From: Candidatus Oxydemutator sp. | GTDB lineage: Bacteria > Pseudomonadota > Gammaproteobacteria > Poriferisulfidales > Oxydemutatoraceae | Direction: 5' to 3' | Assembly: GCA_965203445.1 (NCBI GenBank) | Contig: OZ241883.1 | Span: 1,344,001-1,408,000 of the forward strand | DNA: 64,000 nucleotides | Shown here: positions 62,966 to 64,000 of the stretch, in pieces | How the letters are laid out: every line of letters begins with the position of its first letter | Numbering within the stretch: the stretch's first letter is position 1 | The notes under the pieces: generated by a model | Database searches by the model: none | Told to the model about the DNA's origin: nothing | The model's input: the letters and a program-made list of their open reading frames with translations, nothing else | Position numbers and translations under genes: made by a program

Positions 62966-64000
62966 ATGGAAGTGTTGGCAATACTCCTGTTGCTTGCGCT
63001 GGCCGGCGGCGGGGTCTTCTTTGCGCGGCGGCTTGCCGGCGAGAAATCGCGCGCCGACGGCGCCGTCGCCACGGTCGCGCAACGCGATTCGCGCATCGCC
63101 GGCCTGGAGGAGAAGTTGCGCGCGGCCGAGGAAACCGAACGCGGACGGATTGCGAAGATCGCCCGTCTCGAGGCCGAACTCGAAAGCCGCACCGCCCATC
63201 TGGGCGAACGCCTCCGCGAACAGGGCCAATTCGAGGAGCGCATGAAGGACGCGGTCAAGCAGCTGACGCAGGAGGCGTTGCAGCACCAGGGGGATCGCTT
63301 CAAGCAGACCAACCGCGAGCAGATGGGCCACCTGATCGAGCCGCTCAAGAAAGACATCCGCGATTTCAAGGACTCGTTCGAGACGCTGAAGACCGAGACC
63401 GCCAAGGAACGCCAGAACCTGCTCACCCAGTTCAACCAGCTGAACCAGGCGGCGCTCGAAATCTCACGCGACGCGAGCGACCTGACGCGCGCGCTGAAGG
63501 GCGAGAAGCAGAAGCAGGGCGCGTGGGGCGAGAGCGTGCTTGAGACCATCCTGGAGGGCTCGGGCCTGCGGGAGGGACACGAGTATCAGCGCCAGCGATC
63601 GTTCACCGGCGACGACGGCGCCCGCCTGCGCCCCGACGTGGTCATCAACATGCCGTCGTCGGACGAGCGCGTCATCATAGACTCGAAGGTGTCGCTGGTG
63701 GCCTTTATCGAGTACGTCAACGCCGACGATGAGGAAGTCCGCGAGCAGGCGTTGCAGCGGCACGTGCAGGCCGTGCGCCGCCACGTCGCGAGCCTCGGCG
63801 AAAAGGGCTACGCCGACGCGGTCCGCTCCGATCTCGATTTTGTCATCATGTTCATGCCCATCGAGGCGGCGTTTGCGGCCGTGGTCGAAAAGGACCTGGA
63901 AATCACCGAATACGCGATCAAGCGCCGCGTCATCGTGGCGACGCCGACGACGCTGCTGCTGGCGTTGCGCACCATCGCCAACCTGTGGCGCGTCGAGAGG
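62966..64000 (+). CDS. rmuC: DNA recombination protein RmuC, 3'-truncated (absent from ORF track)
   Basis: N-terminal TM, coiled coil, QGAWGE..LE..LE.SGL, LRPDV, IIDSKVSL, MFMPIE, ATPTTL. Confidence 0.92.
   Translation, partial: MEVLAILLLLALAGGGVFFARRLAGEKSRADGAVATVAQRDSRIAGLEEKLRAAEETERGRIAKIARLEAELESRTAHLGERLREQGQFEERMKDAVKQLTQEALQHQGDRFKQTNREQMGHLIEPLKKDIRDFKDSFETLKTETAKERQNLLTQFNQLNQAALEISRDASDLTRALKGEKQKQGAWGESVLETILEGSGLREGHEYQRQRSFTGDDGARLRPDVVINMPSSDERVIIDSKVSLVAFIEYVNADDEEVREQALQRHVQAVRRHVASLGEKGYADAVRSDLDFVIMFMPIEAAFAAVVEKDLEITEYAIKRRVIVATPTTLLLALRTIANLWRVER

Overview
High-GC gammaproteobacterial chromosome segment (16S rRNA, tmRNA tag ANEDNYALAA, purL, prfB-lysS-rmuC) carrying two lower-GC defence islands. 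Island 1 (1-10.8 kb) has a type III restriction-modification mod...res pair split by three tightly coupled genes (AbiJ/HEPN-like, DUF5131 three-Cys radical-SAM-like, TcmP). It is followed by an ABC-type ATPase + PIN pair and an MNT-HEPN toxin-antitoxin. The core region encodes methanethiol oxidase, bfd-bfr, tmRNA, purL, msrPQ, heme-type ABC subunits, a Dyp peroxidase, a stand-alone 16S rRNA gene with no tRNA/23S, a TonB receptor and H4MPT/methylofuran cofactor biosynthesis genes. Island 2 (about 32.6-55.1 kb) lies between the two converging halves of that cofactor cluster. It holds a DUF4143 ATPase behind a 5x23-bp repeat, a solitary degenerate CRISPR repeat with a compensated hairpin, an orphan methyltransferase, an AlbA_2/Schlafen-like protein and poly-G/poly-C tracts. 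It also holds a CRISPR array (117 repeats by hand count), a complete type I-B (MYXAN-type) cas operon with a probable internally translated Cas11, and a divergent HNH nuclease. Two overlapping spacers imply a 5'-ATG PAM. All calls are from motif recognition by eye; no database searches were run.
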